DNA of 32,000 nucleotides from Sedimentisphaera cyanobacteriorum (GCF_001997385.1 NZ_CP019633.1:2460001-2492000), one strand, 5' to 3'. Positions 1 through 8,966 are shown, counted from the first letter of the stretch. Numbers and translations: made by a program. Notes: generated by a model not told the origin, from the sequence alone.

Positions 1-1059
1 ATAGCAAACCAGCTTTCTGAGAGCGGCTTTGAGTATTTCGCAGGAGGCGGGATGAAGGGGGCGAAGGTTAGAAACGGCAAGCGCGTTTATATGCCCGGAG
101 AAAAAAAGGCATCGCCCGAGAACAACCCAGTGGAAAAGGCGCGCAAAGCAGGCTACAGTATCGCACACAGCAAAGCAGAGCTTAAGGCAGTGAACCCGGG
201 GGAGAAGGTTTACGCATTCGAGCCGGACACCCTTGACGGAAGTATGGCAATGCCTTACGAGATCGACAGGCCTGAAGGAGCTATGTCTATAGCGGATTAT
301 ACAAGAGAGGGGATTCGCCTTCTGGACAATCCGAGCGGTTTTTTTCTGATGGTTGAAGGCGGAAAGATAGACTGGTCCTGCCATGCCAACGACGGCTTTA
401 CAGCTCTCAGAGATGTGATTGCATTGGACGAGGCTGTTGGAGAGGCTGCTGAATTTATGAAAGCCCATCCGGAAGAAACGCTTATCGTTGTAACCGGAGA
501 CCACGAAACAGGCGGAATGACTATGGGCTGGGCAGGCACCGGCTATAAAACCGCTTGCAGCAGGCTTAATTCTCAAACCGCATCATACCAGAAGTTTAAC
601 AAAGCGTTCCTATCTGAACACAAGAGAAAAAGGCTCGAACAGACAGGCGGGAAGTGGGAAACTTCTCTTAATATGAACGCAGATATAAAGGAAGCTTTGA
701 AGGAAGTATTCGGGCTGGCATATTCAGACCTTTCCGACTACGAAAAACAGAAGCTCGAAGATGCTTACGATGCCACAATGGGGAAAAGCAATCTGCACAG
801 GCAGGAAGCCAGACTCCGCTACGGAGGATACAAGCCGCTCACGGTAGCGGTTACACATATGTTCAATCAGAAGGCAGGGCTCACATGGACGACATTCAGC
901 CATACTGCAATCCCAGTTCCGATTTATGCATCCGGGGCCGGAGCAGAAAAGTTCGGCGAATATATGGACAACACCAACCTGCCCGTAAAGATTGCTGAAG
1001 CTGCGGGTATAGAAGATTTCCCTGCCGCAGAGAAAAAGATTACAAAACTGGCAAAATGA
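1..1059 (+). CDS. Alkaline phosphatase (PhoA/ALP superfamily), C-terminal ~350 aa; 5' end lies upstream of the window
   Basis: Frame 1 is open from base 1, with no stop before the ORF-track Met at 52. Metal-site motifs IDWSCHANDG (D-x3-H), VVTGDHETGG (DH) and TTFSHTAIPVPIYASGAGA (H) are present. The nucleophile-Ser N-terminal region is absent, which fits truncation by the window edge. Confidence 0.85.
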   Translation: MANQLSESGFEYFAGGGMKGAKVRNGKRVYMPGEKKASPENNPVEKARKAGYSIAHSKAELKAVNPGEKVYAFEPDTLDGSMAMPYEIDRPEGAMSIADYTREGIRLLDNPSGFFLMVEGGKIDWSCHANDGFTALRDVIALDEAVGEAAEFMKAHPEETLIVVTGDHETGGMTMGWAGTGYKTACSRLNSQTASYQKFNKAFLSEHKRKRLEQTGGKWETSLNMNADIKEALKEVFGLAYSDLSDYEKQKLEDAYDATMGKSNLHRQEARLRYGGYKPLTVAVTHMFNQKAGLTWTTFSHTAIPVPIYASGAGAEKFGEYMDNTNLPVKIAEAAGIEDFPAAEKKITKLAK

Positions 1060-1106
1060 TTCGCAGAAAGGTTTCCAGCCACTGAAATATCGGCATATAA
1101 AGGCCT

Positions 1107-2273
1107 TTACGGGCGGTATCTGTTGCGGTAATCGGCAGGATTCAGCCCCTTTACTGAGCGGAAAAAGGAGGCGATATGGTCTGAGCTTCCGAAACCCAGC
1201 ATTTTTGAGATCTGAGTTATGTTCATATCCGAGTAGAGAAGGAGCTTTTCAATCTCGCCGACGCGTACATTTTTTATGTATCGGTATATGCTTGTTCCAA
1301 GATACAAATTAAACTTCATATAGAGGCTTCTCTTTGAAACAGCTGCAGCCTGAACAACATCGCAGACCTGCACAGGCCTCATTTTGTTATCCAGAATAAA
1401 CCGAACTGCCAATGAAACGTCCGGATCGGGCACAGCAACCGCATCTGAAGAGGTTCTCTCCACTACCTTCATCGGCTCTATGATAATCGTTTTGGGATTT
1501 CTGTTTTCCGATTTGATCATATTGTCGAGGTGTCCGGCGGCCTCGAAGCCCGCCTTTTCCAGGGAAAGAGAAATGCTGGAGAGCTGAGGGTATGCGAGTT
1601 TGCAGATAAATTCATCATTATCAACTCCAAGCACAGCAATCTCGCTTGGAATTGTAATCCGTTCCTGCCTGCAGAGCGAAATAATCTGACTCGCCCTGTC
1701 GTCGTTGCACGCCATTACTGCAGCGGGCTTTTTGAGCTTGCGGAGCCAGTCTGCCAGGAAAAACTGCTCATTGTCCCAAAGCCGGCCGTCCTCGTCCTGA
1801 GGCTGAACGTAGTAAATCACCTCGCATCCGCTTGAAGCGGCCTTCGCCCTGAATCCTTCAAATCGTCTCTGAGACCAGTACATTCCGTCGAAGCCGGCAA
1901 AAGCCAGCCTTTTATGCCCTTTGCTAATAAAGTGTTCAGCTGCCATAACTCCGATTTGATAGTCATCTGTGAGAATAACAGACTTTCCCTCCTTGCCGCC
2001 GCTGTGGAAGCAGCTCTGAATTACAGGCAAATCAACCGGCAGTCTTCTTTCTTCATTCTCCCATGTTTCTCTTATAATAGCCCCGTCTGAGAGCCATTTG
2101 AGAGGCTGTGAGGTTTCCTTTGCGGGGTGTTCTCTGCCCAGATAAAACAGCGGCTCGAGCTGGATAGACCACGGCCCGTGAAGTGATGCATAGCGAGAGA
2201 TGCCCCTCAAAAGACCTCTTCCGAATTCTCGTGAGGTTTCAAGCAAAAGGAGTATCTGCGGGCAGTGAAACAT
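1107..2273 (-). CDS. XylR-type transcriptional regulator (periplasmic-binding-protein-like sugar sensor domain + C-terminal AraC/XylS HTH)
   Basis: 388 aa, the size and architecture of E. coli XylR. The N-terminal ~270 aa are PBP1/LacI-like (VLGVDNDEFICKLAYPQLSSI). The C-terminal ~100 aa are an AraC double HTH (ITQISKMLGFGSSDHIASFFRSVKGLNPADYRNRY). ATG at 2273 follows a GGGGA SD-like element. It lies next to a GH2 gene. Confidence 0.8.
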   Translation of the reverse strand: MFHCPQILLLLETSREFGRGLLRGISRYASLHGPWSIQLEPLFYLGREHPAKETSQPLKWLSDGAIIRETWENEERRLPVDLPVIQSCFHSGGKEGKSVILTDDYQIGVMAAEHFISKGHKRLAFAGFDGMYWSQRRFEGFRAKAASSGCEVIYYVQPQDEDGRLWDNEQFFLADWLRKLKKPAAVMACNDDRASQIISLCRQERITIPSEIAVLGVDNDEFICKLAYPQLSSISLSLEKAGFEAAGHLDNMIKSENRNPKTIIIEPMKVVERTSSDAVAVPDPDVSLAVRFILDNKMRPVQVCDVVQAAAVSKRSLYMKFNLYLGTSIYRYIKNVRVGEIEKLLLYSDMNITQISKMLGFGSSDHIASFFRSVKGLNPADYRNRYRP

Positions 2274-2365
2274 ATCTATCCCCGATTTGAACAGCTAAAG
2301 CCTAATACTAAGCTTTTCTTTAAGTTTGGTCAAGCAGGTTTTCTGTTTTAGAAGGCTAAAGCAGG

Positions 2366-2405
2366 AAGGGCAAAGCCGGAATCTGCGGCCTTGCCCTTTT
2401 ATATT
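2366..2405. terminator. GC-rich hairpin 30 nt downstream of the GH2 stop; the T-tract lies on the + strand side
   Basis: Arms AAGGGCAAAGCCG (2366-2378) and CGGCCTTGCCCTT (2386-2398) pair at 12 of 13 positions around a 7-nt loop, followed by TTATATTTTT on the + strand. The position suits termination of the minus-strand GH2 gene (stop at 2429). The U-tract orientation favours + strand termination, so the strand is left undefined. Confidence 0.45.
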
Positions 2406-2428
2406 TTTCATCTGGAAATAAGCTTTGA

Positions 2429-5400
2429 TTACTCCGCAGGCAGGAGCTCAATTTCGGCTATTGAGCTGTACTGATCATCTGCAAAGCCTTCCTCTGATAC
2501 TATCCTGAAATGCTTTGCCTTTACGGGTTTATCGAAGCTTACAGACTTTTCGTCCATATTCCTTTCGAAGCTTCCCTGCCATACCGGCTTGCCCCAGCTG
2601 CCGCTGAGCTTTGCATAAATACTGCATTTTTTGATCAGCCCGTTTTTGTTGCCGTCCTGACGAGGAAGGATTTTAAGGCCTTTCACCTTAGCGGGGTAAT
2701 CTATCTTGAGATGTATCTCGTGGGGATGCGGTATCTTGCCTTGTCCCCAAGAGGTGTGCCAAATCGTGTTTGGATTCCCGTCAAGAACGTTTGCACCGCC
2801 TCTGCCAGAATGAGCGGAGTTTGTCTTTACAACCTCAGCTCCAGCCATGTCCATAAAGCCTGGCTCTCTGAAGAGCTTCTGGATCTGTTCTGCTGAGACG
2901 CTTGTATCAGGGGAGAACTTGTCCGAATTCATATACGAAAGCAGAGACGCCTTCAGCTGCCTGCTCGGAAGCCTCCGGAGCATATCTTCCTTCATATCGA
3001 TGCTTACAGCGAGAAGGCTGCCCCCGCCCACTTTCGCCTCGAAAGCAAGCCCGAGCTTCTCAGGGGCAAACCAGTCCGGTACAACCTGAACGATTGGGTC
3101 GATACCGTCCGGGAGCCTTTCGAGCTTCATAGCTGCTGCGTGGCGAATCGGGTCAGACCACTGCCAATTGCTGTGGTATTCTGTTGGGAAATGCTTTAGA
3201 GCTGGGTGCTCGGGGTCGCAGAGTATGCCCAGCGTATGCGGGGCCTGCCCCTGTGTCCATGCGGTATTCCAGAAGATTGAGGAGAAGCCAAGCTCCACAT
3301 CTGTTTTTACAAGGCTCGGGTCTATCTCCAGCAGAACATCTCCGCCTCTGCTGAGGTGCTTGAGAACTTCTGGATTAAGCGAGGAGGCTTCAAGAACCTT
3401 GCCCTTTTCCATATTAACTTCTTCCGGATAAACCCATATATCCCAGCTGTTTTTCGCATTGGTCTCTTCAATTTCAGTTTTGAGGGTGTATTTAGCGGGC
3501 GCGGGCAGACCGGAAAGCTCAAATGAGATATCTCCAAGGGTGTAAAGTCCGCCTGCGGGCATTGAATATTTCCACATAAGCCCCTTCTTAAAGACTTTAC
3601 CATTCTGGTTTTCAAGGCTCCAGTGAAGCTTTGCATTATTGAGATTTTCAGGCCCGAAATGGCTTACATCAATCTGAGCGTTAAACGTGCCTGATGTAGT
3701 GAAGGTTCTTTTGGCCATTCTTGCAAGAGGGACAATCGCACCGGAAAATTGTTTGTACTCCTCTGGAGATACATAAGGCTTGCTGTCCCAGAACGGGTCC
3801 AAAACGCCTATCAGAGCCGTTCCCTGCCCGGGGAAATCGTGGAGGTCGAGAAGCTGGAAGCCTCCGAAACCTTCTGTTCTCAGGGCGGATTCTATATCTT
3901 CCTTGTAGCAGAGGGTTTGGAGCTTGCCAGAGGCCATCAGGAAATCTTCTGCCTGATCGAGCATACCCTTATCCTTGAGCAGATCCCTGAACACTTCGAA
4001 ATTTTTCGGCTTGAGGTATCCGTCGTACTTTTTGATTTCATCGAAATTCGGATAAACGCACCACTGCCCTATCTCATGTGAGATAATCGGTGTATTGCTG
4101 TATTTGCTTACCGGCGAGGAATAGTCTGTCTGAGTTTCCGGCGGCTTGCTGTTTATGCGGCTGTTGAGCTCTTCGCCCCAGCCCTGAATACGCACGTTGT
4201 GATGGGTAACGTGGAACTGATTCTGCTCTATAACAGGCCAGCCTGCTGCGCTTGTAACAAGGCGTCTTGAATCTTTGTGTTTGTAATGATTCACCCAGTC
4301 TTTGAGGAACTTTCCGCCACGCTGAGGGCCTCCGGGTTCGTTGCCGTAGGCAAAGAGGACGAACGAGGGGTGGTTGCCGTATTCTTTGAGCACGGCATCT
4401 GCCTCATCGTATATCCATTCATCTATCGGCAGCCCCACTCCGAGCTTGGTGCTCTGATTTGCCCAAGACGAGCATTCCACCTGATAATAGAAGCCCAGCC
4501 TGTCTGCGGCCTCGAAAGCGGCCTCCGGCGGGCACCACGAATGAAAACGGATGTGGTTCAGACCGTGAGCCTTGCAGATTTTGATAATCCGCTCCCACTC
4601 ATCCACGCTGGTTGGCGGGTAGCCTGTTTTCGGGAATATGCAGCATTCGAGGGTGCCGCGGAAGAATATATGCCTTCCGTTGAGGTAAAATTTGCTGCCT
4701 CTTGTTTCAATCTCACGCATACCGAAATGGTCATCAGCTTTTGAAATAAACTTGCCTGCTTTGAGCTCTGCTTCAACCCTGTAAAGGTTTGGACTGAATT
4801 CATCCCAGCGTTCTTCCAGACCGCTCAAGACAAATTCGGCCGAGGCTGTTTTGCCCTCGAGCTCAAGCTTTTTACTCTCCGAACAGGCAAGTTTATTATC
4901 GGAAAATGCTTTCACGATAAGCCTGGTTTCCCTGTTGCCGCCGTCATTGTTGTTTATTTTAATCTTCACTTTAGCTGAGCTGGCTTCAATATTCGGATAA
5001 ACCTGCATATCATCAATGAATACCGGGTCTTCAGCGCAAAGCTTGAGACTGCCTACAATCCCGTTCCAGTTGGACTGGGTATGGTCTGTTACGCTGTGGG
5101 AATTGTGTCCCACATCCACAATCATCCTGTTGTCCACGCGGATTGTGATGCGGTGTCTGCCCGGGGTGAGCAGATCTGAGAGGTCGTATCTATGCGGGGT
5201 GGATAGGTAGTCGCAGCTGCCTGCCTTTTTGGAATCAACCCATACAGTTGTTTCCCAGTGCGGGCGTTCGAGGGTGAGAGTAATATGCTTTCCCTGCCAA
5301 TCTTGGGGGATAGTAACTGTCTTCTGCTGCCAAGCGGGGCCTTTATAGTACTTATCGGGCTGGAGGAAGAACGGAAACTTGAAATTCTCTTCCGTGCGGT

Positions 5401-5671
5401 ATGGCTCGTATTTAGGGGCATCCCAAACATCCTGCCTTACATCACCAACCCACTCGGTATCGGGGCCGGGTTCTTCTCCGTAGCCTTGGCTTTGAATTGC
5501 ACCCGGGAGCCTGAGTGTGTCATCTCCGGGAAGTTCGCCTGAGAACCACTCTTTGGAAACGCCAACATCTTTTTCATCCAGAGAAAATCTCCACTGTCCG
5601 GATAAATCAATAGTCTGGGCGTTTATACACACAGCAGCCAGTAGAACTGCGGCAGCACTGTAAAACTTCAT
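2429..5671 (-). CDS. Secreted glycoside hydrolase family 2 (GH2) enzyme with C-terminal F5/8 type C (discoidin/CBM32-like) domain
   Basis: Signal peptide MKFYSAAAVLLAAVCINAQ. GH2 sugar-binding N-domain (IDLSGQWRFSLDE...LPGAIQSQGYG). TIM barrel with acid/base FAYGNEPGG and nucleophile-type ISHEIGQW. The last ~150 aa are discoidin-like (NVLDGNPNTIWHTSW...KHFRIVSEEGFADDQYSSIAEIELL). SD AAAGAGAGG lies before the ATG. It is a paralog of 26280-29162. Confidence 0.8.
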   Translation of the reverse strand: MKFYSAAAVLLAAVCINAQTIDLSGQWRFSLDEKDVGVSKEWFSGELPGDDTLRLPGAIQSQGYGEEPGPDTEWVGDVRQDVWDAPKYEPYRTEENFKFPFFLQPDKYYKGPAWQQKTVTIPQDWQGKHITLTLERPHWETTVWVDSKKAGSCDYLSTPHRYDLSDLLTPGRHRITIRVDNRMIVDVGHNSHSVTDHTQSNWNGIVGSLKLCAEDPVFIDDMQVYPNIEASSAKVKIKINNNDGGNRETRLIVKAFSDNKLACSESKKLELEGKTASAEFVLSGLEERWDEFSPNLYRVEAELKAGKFISKADDHFGMREIETRGSKFYLNGRHIFFRGTLECCIFPKTGYPPTSVDEWERIIKICKAHGLNHIRFHSWCPPEAAFEAADRLGFYYQVECSSWANQSTKLGVGLPIDEWIYDEADAVLKEYGNHPSFVLFAYGNEPGGPQRGGKFLKDWVNHYKHKDSRRLVTSAAGWPVIEQNQFHVTHHNVRIQGWGEELNSRINSKPPETQTDYSSPVSKYSNTPIISHEIGQWCVYPNFDEIKKYDGYLKPKNFEVFRDLLKDKGMLDQAEDFLMASGKLQTLCYKEDIESALRTEGFGGFQLLDLHDFPGQGTALIGVLDPFWDSKPYVSPEEYKQFSGAIVPLARMAKRTFTTSGTFNAQIDVSHFGPENLNNAKLHWSLENQNGKVFKKGLMWKYSMPAGGLYTLGDISFELSGLPAPAKYTLKTEIEETNAKNSWDIWVYPEEVNMEKGKVLEASSLNPEVLKHLSRGGDVLLEIDPSLVKTDVELGFSSIFWNTAWTQGQAPHTLGILCDPEHPALKHFPTEYHSNWQWSDPIRHAAAMKLERLPDGIDPIVQVVPDWFAPEKLGLAFEAKVGGGSLLAVSIDMKEDMLRRLPSRQLKASLLSYMNSDKFSPDTSVSAEQIQKLFREPGFMDMAGAEVVKTNSAHSGRGGANVLDGNPNTIWHTSWGQGKIPHPHEIHLKIDYPAKVKGLKILPRQDGNKNGLIKKCSIYAKLSGSWGKPVWQGSFERNMDEKSVSFDKPVKAKHFRIVSEEGFADDQYSSIAEIELLPAE

Positions 5672-5749
5672 AAAAACCTCTCTTTAATTACTTTTGCATT
5701 AACGACTTCTGCTTCAGATTCTTTATTGTATCAATAAAGAGAGGGTTTT

Positions 5750-5791
5750 CTACGCAGTATTGTATAAAAAAACCGCAAATTTGCGCAAACT
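5750..5791 (-). promoter_or_regulatory. Candidate promoter/operator block of GH2 gene (copy A of a conserved 42-bp element)
   Basis: The minus strand reads GTTTGCGCAAATTTGCGGTTTTTTTATACAATACTGCGTAG. It offers a -35-like TTGCGC, then 16 nt to TATACA or 18 nt to TACAAT. It contains the perfect 12-bp palindrome CGCAAATTTGCG and GCAA direct repeats 10 bp apart. It matches 29243-29284 at 32/42 positions (25/28 in the core), and the core starts 90 nt from the start codon versus 92 nt for the other copy. Confidence 0.55.
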
Positions 5792-5954
5792 GTCTTCCAA
5801 ACCTTCCGCTGGACGTACATTTCTGAGCGCAAAAGATTCTCAGGGCTGTATCGAAAAGGCAATTAAAGCCCCGCACCATCAATGAAGAGCAATCCGCAGC
5901 CCTGTATATTCAGGGCAGTGCATTGCATAACGTCAATTGCAGAATTTTCCGAGC

Positions 5955-8900
5955 CTATTCGTATGATGATGAGCCTGTAAGGCCTACGTAGGTTCTTGAA
6001 CCTACAGCAAGCTCTTTAACGCCCTGAGGCCATATACTCACGGTAATCGAGCTTGAATCAAGCGACTCATCGACACTGTAGCCGAGGCTGTAGAGCAGTC
6101 TGCGGTATCTGCGGATAAGCACAATCTCGCTTCGAACGCTCTGTCCGAAATCGAAATCGTATTCCTGCGCAGCGGTTATTGTGTATCTGGGATTGAGCTT
6201 GTAGCTCATTGCGGTGCGGAAGGAATTCGAACCGTGTTCGTAGTAATAGTCCTGATTATTTGCAGGGGTTTTGTCTATGTCTGTGAGGATAATGTTTTTC
6301 AGGTGCCGGATTCCGAAATACCAGCTCAAATCCGGCCAGCAGTATCTTGCAAGCCCTGCATCAAAACGCTGGAGCTCGCTGGTCTCTAAGTCGTAGTTTG
6401 CGTAGCTGCTGAAGGCGAAGGTGTCCGAGATATTCCAGAGGTAATCAGCATCCACGGTATCTCTCTGGAGAGCGAAGTCTGCCGAGCCTGAACGCCTGTA
6501 GAAGGGTTCATAAGGGCTGCTGAAGATGTATCTGCCCGGGAGGATATTGTCCTGTTCGTCTCTATCGTCTGAGAGAAGAGTTGCGTTTACATCGAGCCTC
6601 ATAAGGTCTTCAGTTCTCAGGTTTTCCTGAGAACCCCGCCTTGTCTGCCATCTCTGGGAGAGGCCGAGATTCAACATATTACGCATTTCCAGCCCGTCTT
6701 CATCGCTCTGGAATACTGCCGCCTCCATGTGCGGTCGGATGTAATGGCGTATTCCGTTAATATCCCAGAAATCGCTTTTCACGAACTGATCTGTCTTCCA
6801 GAACTGCGAGGATAGCCTTATTCCGGCCTCCCCGAGGAAAGCGCCGTTTTCAGGGTCGCTTATCTGGCTTCCGTCCAAATCGGTATCGAAGCCGGTATAG
6901 TCGTTATAGGCATACGTGCCTGCGGCATAGGGTACATACTTCGTTTTGCCCCAGATAAACGGATAGTCTATCTCGTGCCTTGTGCTTGCAGCAGAGAAGA
7001 AACCGCTGCCAACCACAGCAGAATCGCTGTCGTATCTCTGCCTTGCCCGAGAGAGGATGGTATCGCCGTAGTAGGTGAAATTATCATCAAGAATGCTCTG
7101 GCCGGTGCGATGGTATTCAAACGTTGGAAGCTCTTCGAGCTGGTTTTGGAAGTCATTCACGCGTACCTTCCCAAGCACAGAAAATGCCCTGTTGCCCGTG
7201 GAATTTTTGAGGTAGAGCACGCTCTCGGGCTCCTTATCAGTAAAACGTTCACGCCTGTAGAAGCTCTCGAGGAAGTTTCTGTCGGAGAGATAATTCAGCT
7301 CTGCTGAGAACTGCCATCCATCCTCGAGGTATTCTCTGTGCTGGAATTTGAATCTGCCTCGGAGCTCATCTTCCGGCTCGAGGTCTTTGCGCCAGAAACG
7401 GTCTCCCAATCTGTCCTCGCCTGTATCGTGGATTACGTATGATTCAATGCTGCCGAAATAGCTGTCCGATTCGTATTCTGCATCTATCCCGCCTGCGGGG
7501 CCGCGTTTGCTGTAGTAATCGAGATTCAGCGTGGTATCCAGCCCTTCGGGCTCTTTAAAACCAAGCACCCTTGATAGATACCAGTCTGTCTCGAGCGATG
7601 TCCCGAATGCAGTGGAATCGCCTATGTTAATACTCTTTACTGCTAGCTCCGGCCTTTCAAGCCCTGTAATCATTTGGTCTGTTTTCAGCAGGGTATTATC
7701 GTAGTATTTCAGAGAAACGTCTTTCAGCTCAGCGGAAAAGCCGCTGGATGAGGATTTGGCATCCACGTTTGAGTTGTCTGTTATAACAACCGAGGAGGCA
7801 TTAACAGATAGCTGAGGCACTGCAAATTCATCGCTGGAAATCTCCACCCCTTTTGCAGTAAAAACGGAATCGCTCTTTTTCTCAAGCCTCTCAGCTCGTA
7901 TGAAGATTGGGATATTTCGCTCAGGATCGTAGCGTGTCATCTCACTGTTTACCACAAGGGCCTGGGAATTGCGGAAATTGTAGTAGAGCCTGTCTGCCCG
8001 GATTGTGCGAAGGCCTTCGGTGAAAACAATATTGCCTTCGATGTACGCCGATTTGATATCGCCGGTAGCGAGGAGATCTTTTCTGCCTGTTTCCTCCGCT
8101 CCTGCCTTAACTTCTTCCTTCCCGAGAAACAGCACCGCCCTGTCCGCCTGGAACTCGAGTATCCTCCCTGAATCGTCCATCTTGCGCCAGATGTAGAATC
8201 TGCCCATAACGGTTATCACAGACTCACCTTCCGAAATCCTGCTTCTCTCTATTACAGGGGCAGGTTTCCAAAGGGCGGCAACATTTACAGGATAATCTTT
8301 CTCTTCCTGCTGTTTCGCAGATTCATCCGAACCTGCTGCGGCTTCAGCGCTCTTTTCGCTGGCTCTTGATTTCCCGAGAAGCCTTCCAATAATTGATCCG
8401 CCCTTACCCTGTTCTGAAGGCTGCCCGCTTGTTTTCGCTCTTTGAGGTCCTGGGGGAAGGGCTTCACGCTTTAGCTTCAAGCCTTCACGTCTGCCCTTTC
8501 CCGCCTCTGCAGCATTTCTGTAGAGAGCTATCTCAGACGCATTTACTTGCCTGCGCTTACTGCAATCGAGAAACACCTTTCCAGAAACGAAGAAATCAGC
8601 AATCATAGATTTGCCCCGCTCTACAAGGAAATTGTGCACATCTCCAATATTGTGTTTGCCTTCCCTGCCCGCCTTGATCTGGTCTTCAAGATAGCAGCGG
8701 AGCCTGTAGGAATGCGATTCCCTGCCGCGTACCAATTCAGTTTCTTTACGAACCCATACAACCGCCTTCTCGCTGTGGAAGGTGCTGGAGGAATATTCTA
8801 AATCGAAACCCTGCTCGAATATCAGTATCTGGTTTCCATCCTCTGTACGGCTCATCTTTACCGAATCAGAGGATATGTAAATATTCTGACCCGCATTTTC

Positions 8901-8966
8901 TATCTGCCCGTATGCCGAGCAGAATACGAGTAATGAAATTGTCAAAAGTCTCAAATGCAGCAACAT
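5955..8966 (-). CDS. LptD/OstA-like outer-membrane beta-barrel protein (putative LPS-assembly protein)
   Basis: 1003 aa with signal peptide MLLHLRLLTISLLVFCSAYGQ. N-terminal OstA/LptA-like segments are present (e.g. IEGNIVFTEGLRTIRADRLYYNFRNSQALV). A long C-terminal region rich in alternating aromatic/Gly/Asp residues is typical of a large beta-barrel. SD GCAGGAG lies before the ATG. The family call comes from motif pattern only. Confidence 0.55.
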   Translation of the reverse strand: MLLHLRLLTISLLVFCSAYGQIENAGQNIYISSDSVKMSRTEDGNQILIFEQGFDLEYSSSTFHSEKAVVWVRKETELVRGRESHSYRLRCYLEDQIKAGREGKHNIGDVHNFLVERGKSMIADFFVSGKVFLDCSKRRQVNASEIALYRNAAEAGKGRREGLKLKREALPPGPQRAKTSGQPSEQGKGGSIIGRLLGKSRASEKSAEAAAGSDESAKQQEEKDYPVNVAALWKPAPVIERSRISEGESVITVMGRFYIWRKMDDSGRILEFQADRAVLFLGKEEVKAGAEETGRKDLLATGDIKSAYIEGNIVFTEGLRTIRADRLYYNFRNSQALVVNSEMTRYDPERNIPIFIRAERLEKKSDSVFTAKGVEISSDEFAVPQLSVNASSVVITDNSNVDAKSSSSGFSAELKDVSLKYYDNTLLKTDQMITGLERPELAVKSINIGDSTAFGTSLETDWYLSRVLGFKEPEGLDTTLNLDYYSKRGPAGGIDAEYESDSYFGSIESYVIHDTGEDRLGDRFWRKDLEPEDELRGRFKFQHREYLEDGWQFSAELNYLSDRNFLESFYRRERFTDKEPESVLYLKNSTGNRAFSVLGKVRVNDFQNQLEELPTFEYHRTGQSILDDNFTYYGDTILSRARQRYDSDSAVVGSGFFSAASTRHEIDYPFIWGKTKYVPYAAGTYAYNDYTGFDTDLDGSQISDPENGAFLGEAGIRLSSQFWKTDQFVKSDFWDINGIRHYIRPHMEAAVFQSDEDGLEMRNMLNLGLSQRWQTRRGSQENLRTEDLMRLDVNATLLSDDRDEQDNILPGRYIFSSPYEPFYRRSGSADFALQRDTVDADYLWNISDTFAFSSYANYDLETSELQRFDAGLARYCWPDLSWYFGIRHLKNIILTDIDKTPANNQDYYYEHGSNSFRTAMSYKLNPRYTITAAQEYDFDFGQSVRSEIVLIRRYRRLLYSLGYSVDESLDSSSITVSIWPQGVKELAVGSRTYVGLTGSSSYE

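Noticed and set aside
1060-1106. An expected terminator between the convergent alkaline phosphatase and XylR-type genes.
   Set aside because: No convincing stem-loop or T-tract is visible in the 47-nt gap, so none is reported.
5688-5882. A 64-aa minus-strand ORF in the GH2 upstream region.
   Set aside because: It overlaps the conserved promoter/operator block, has no SD and has an implausible Cys/Phe-rich composition. The conservation with the second GH2 upstream region is at the DNA-motif level only, not across the ORF.
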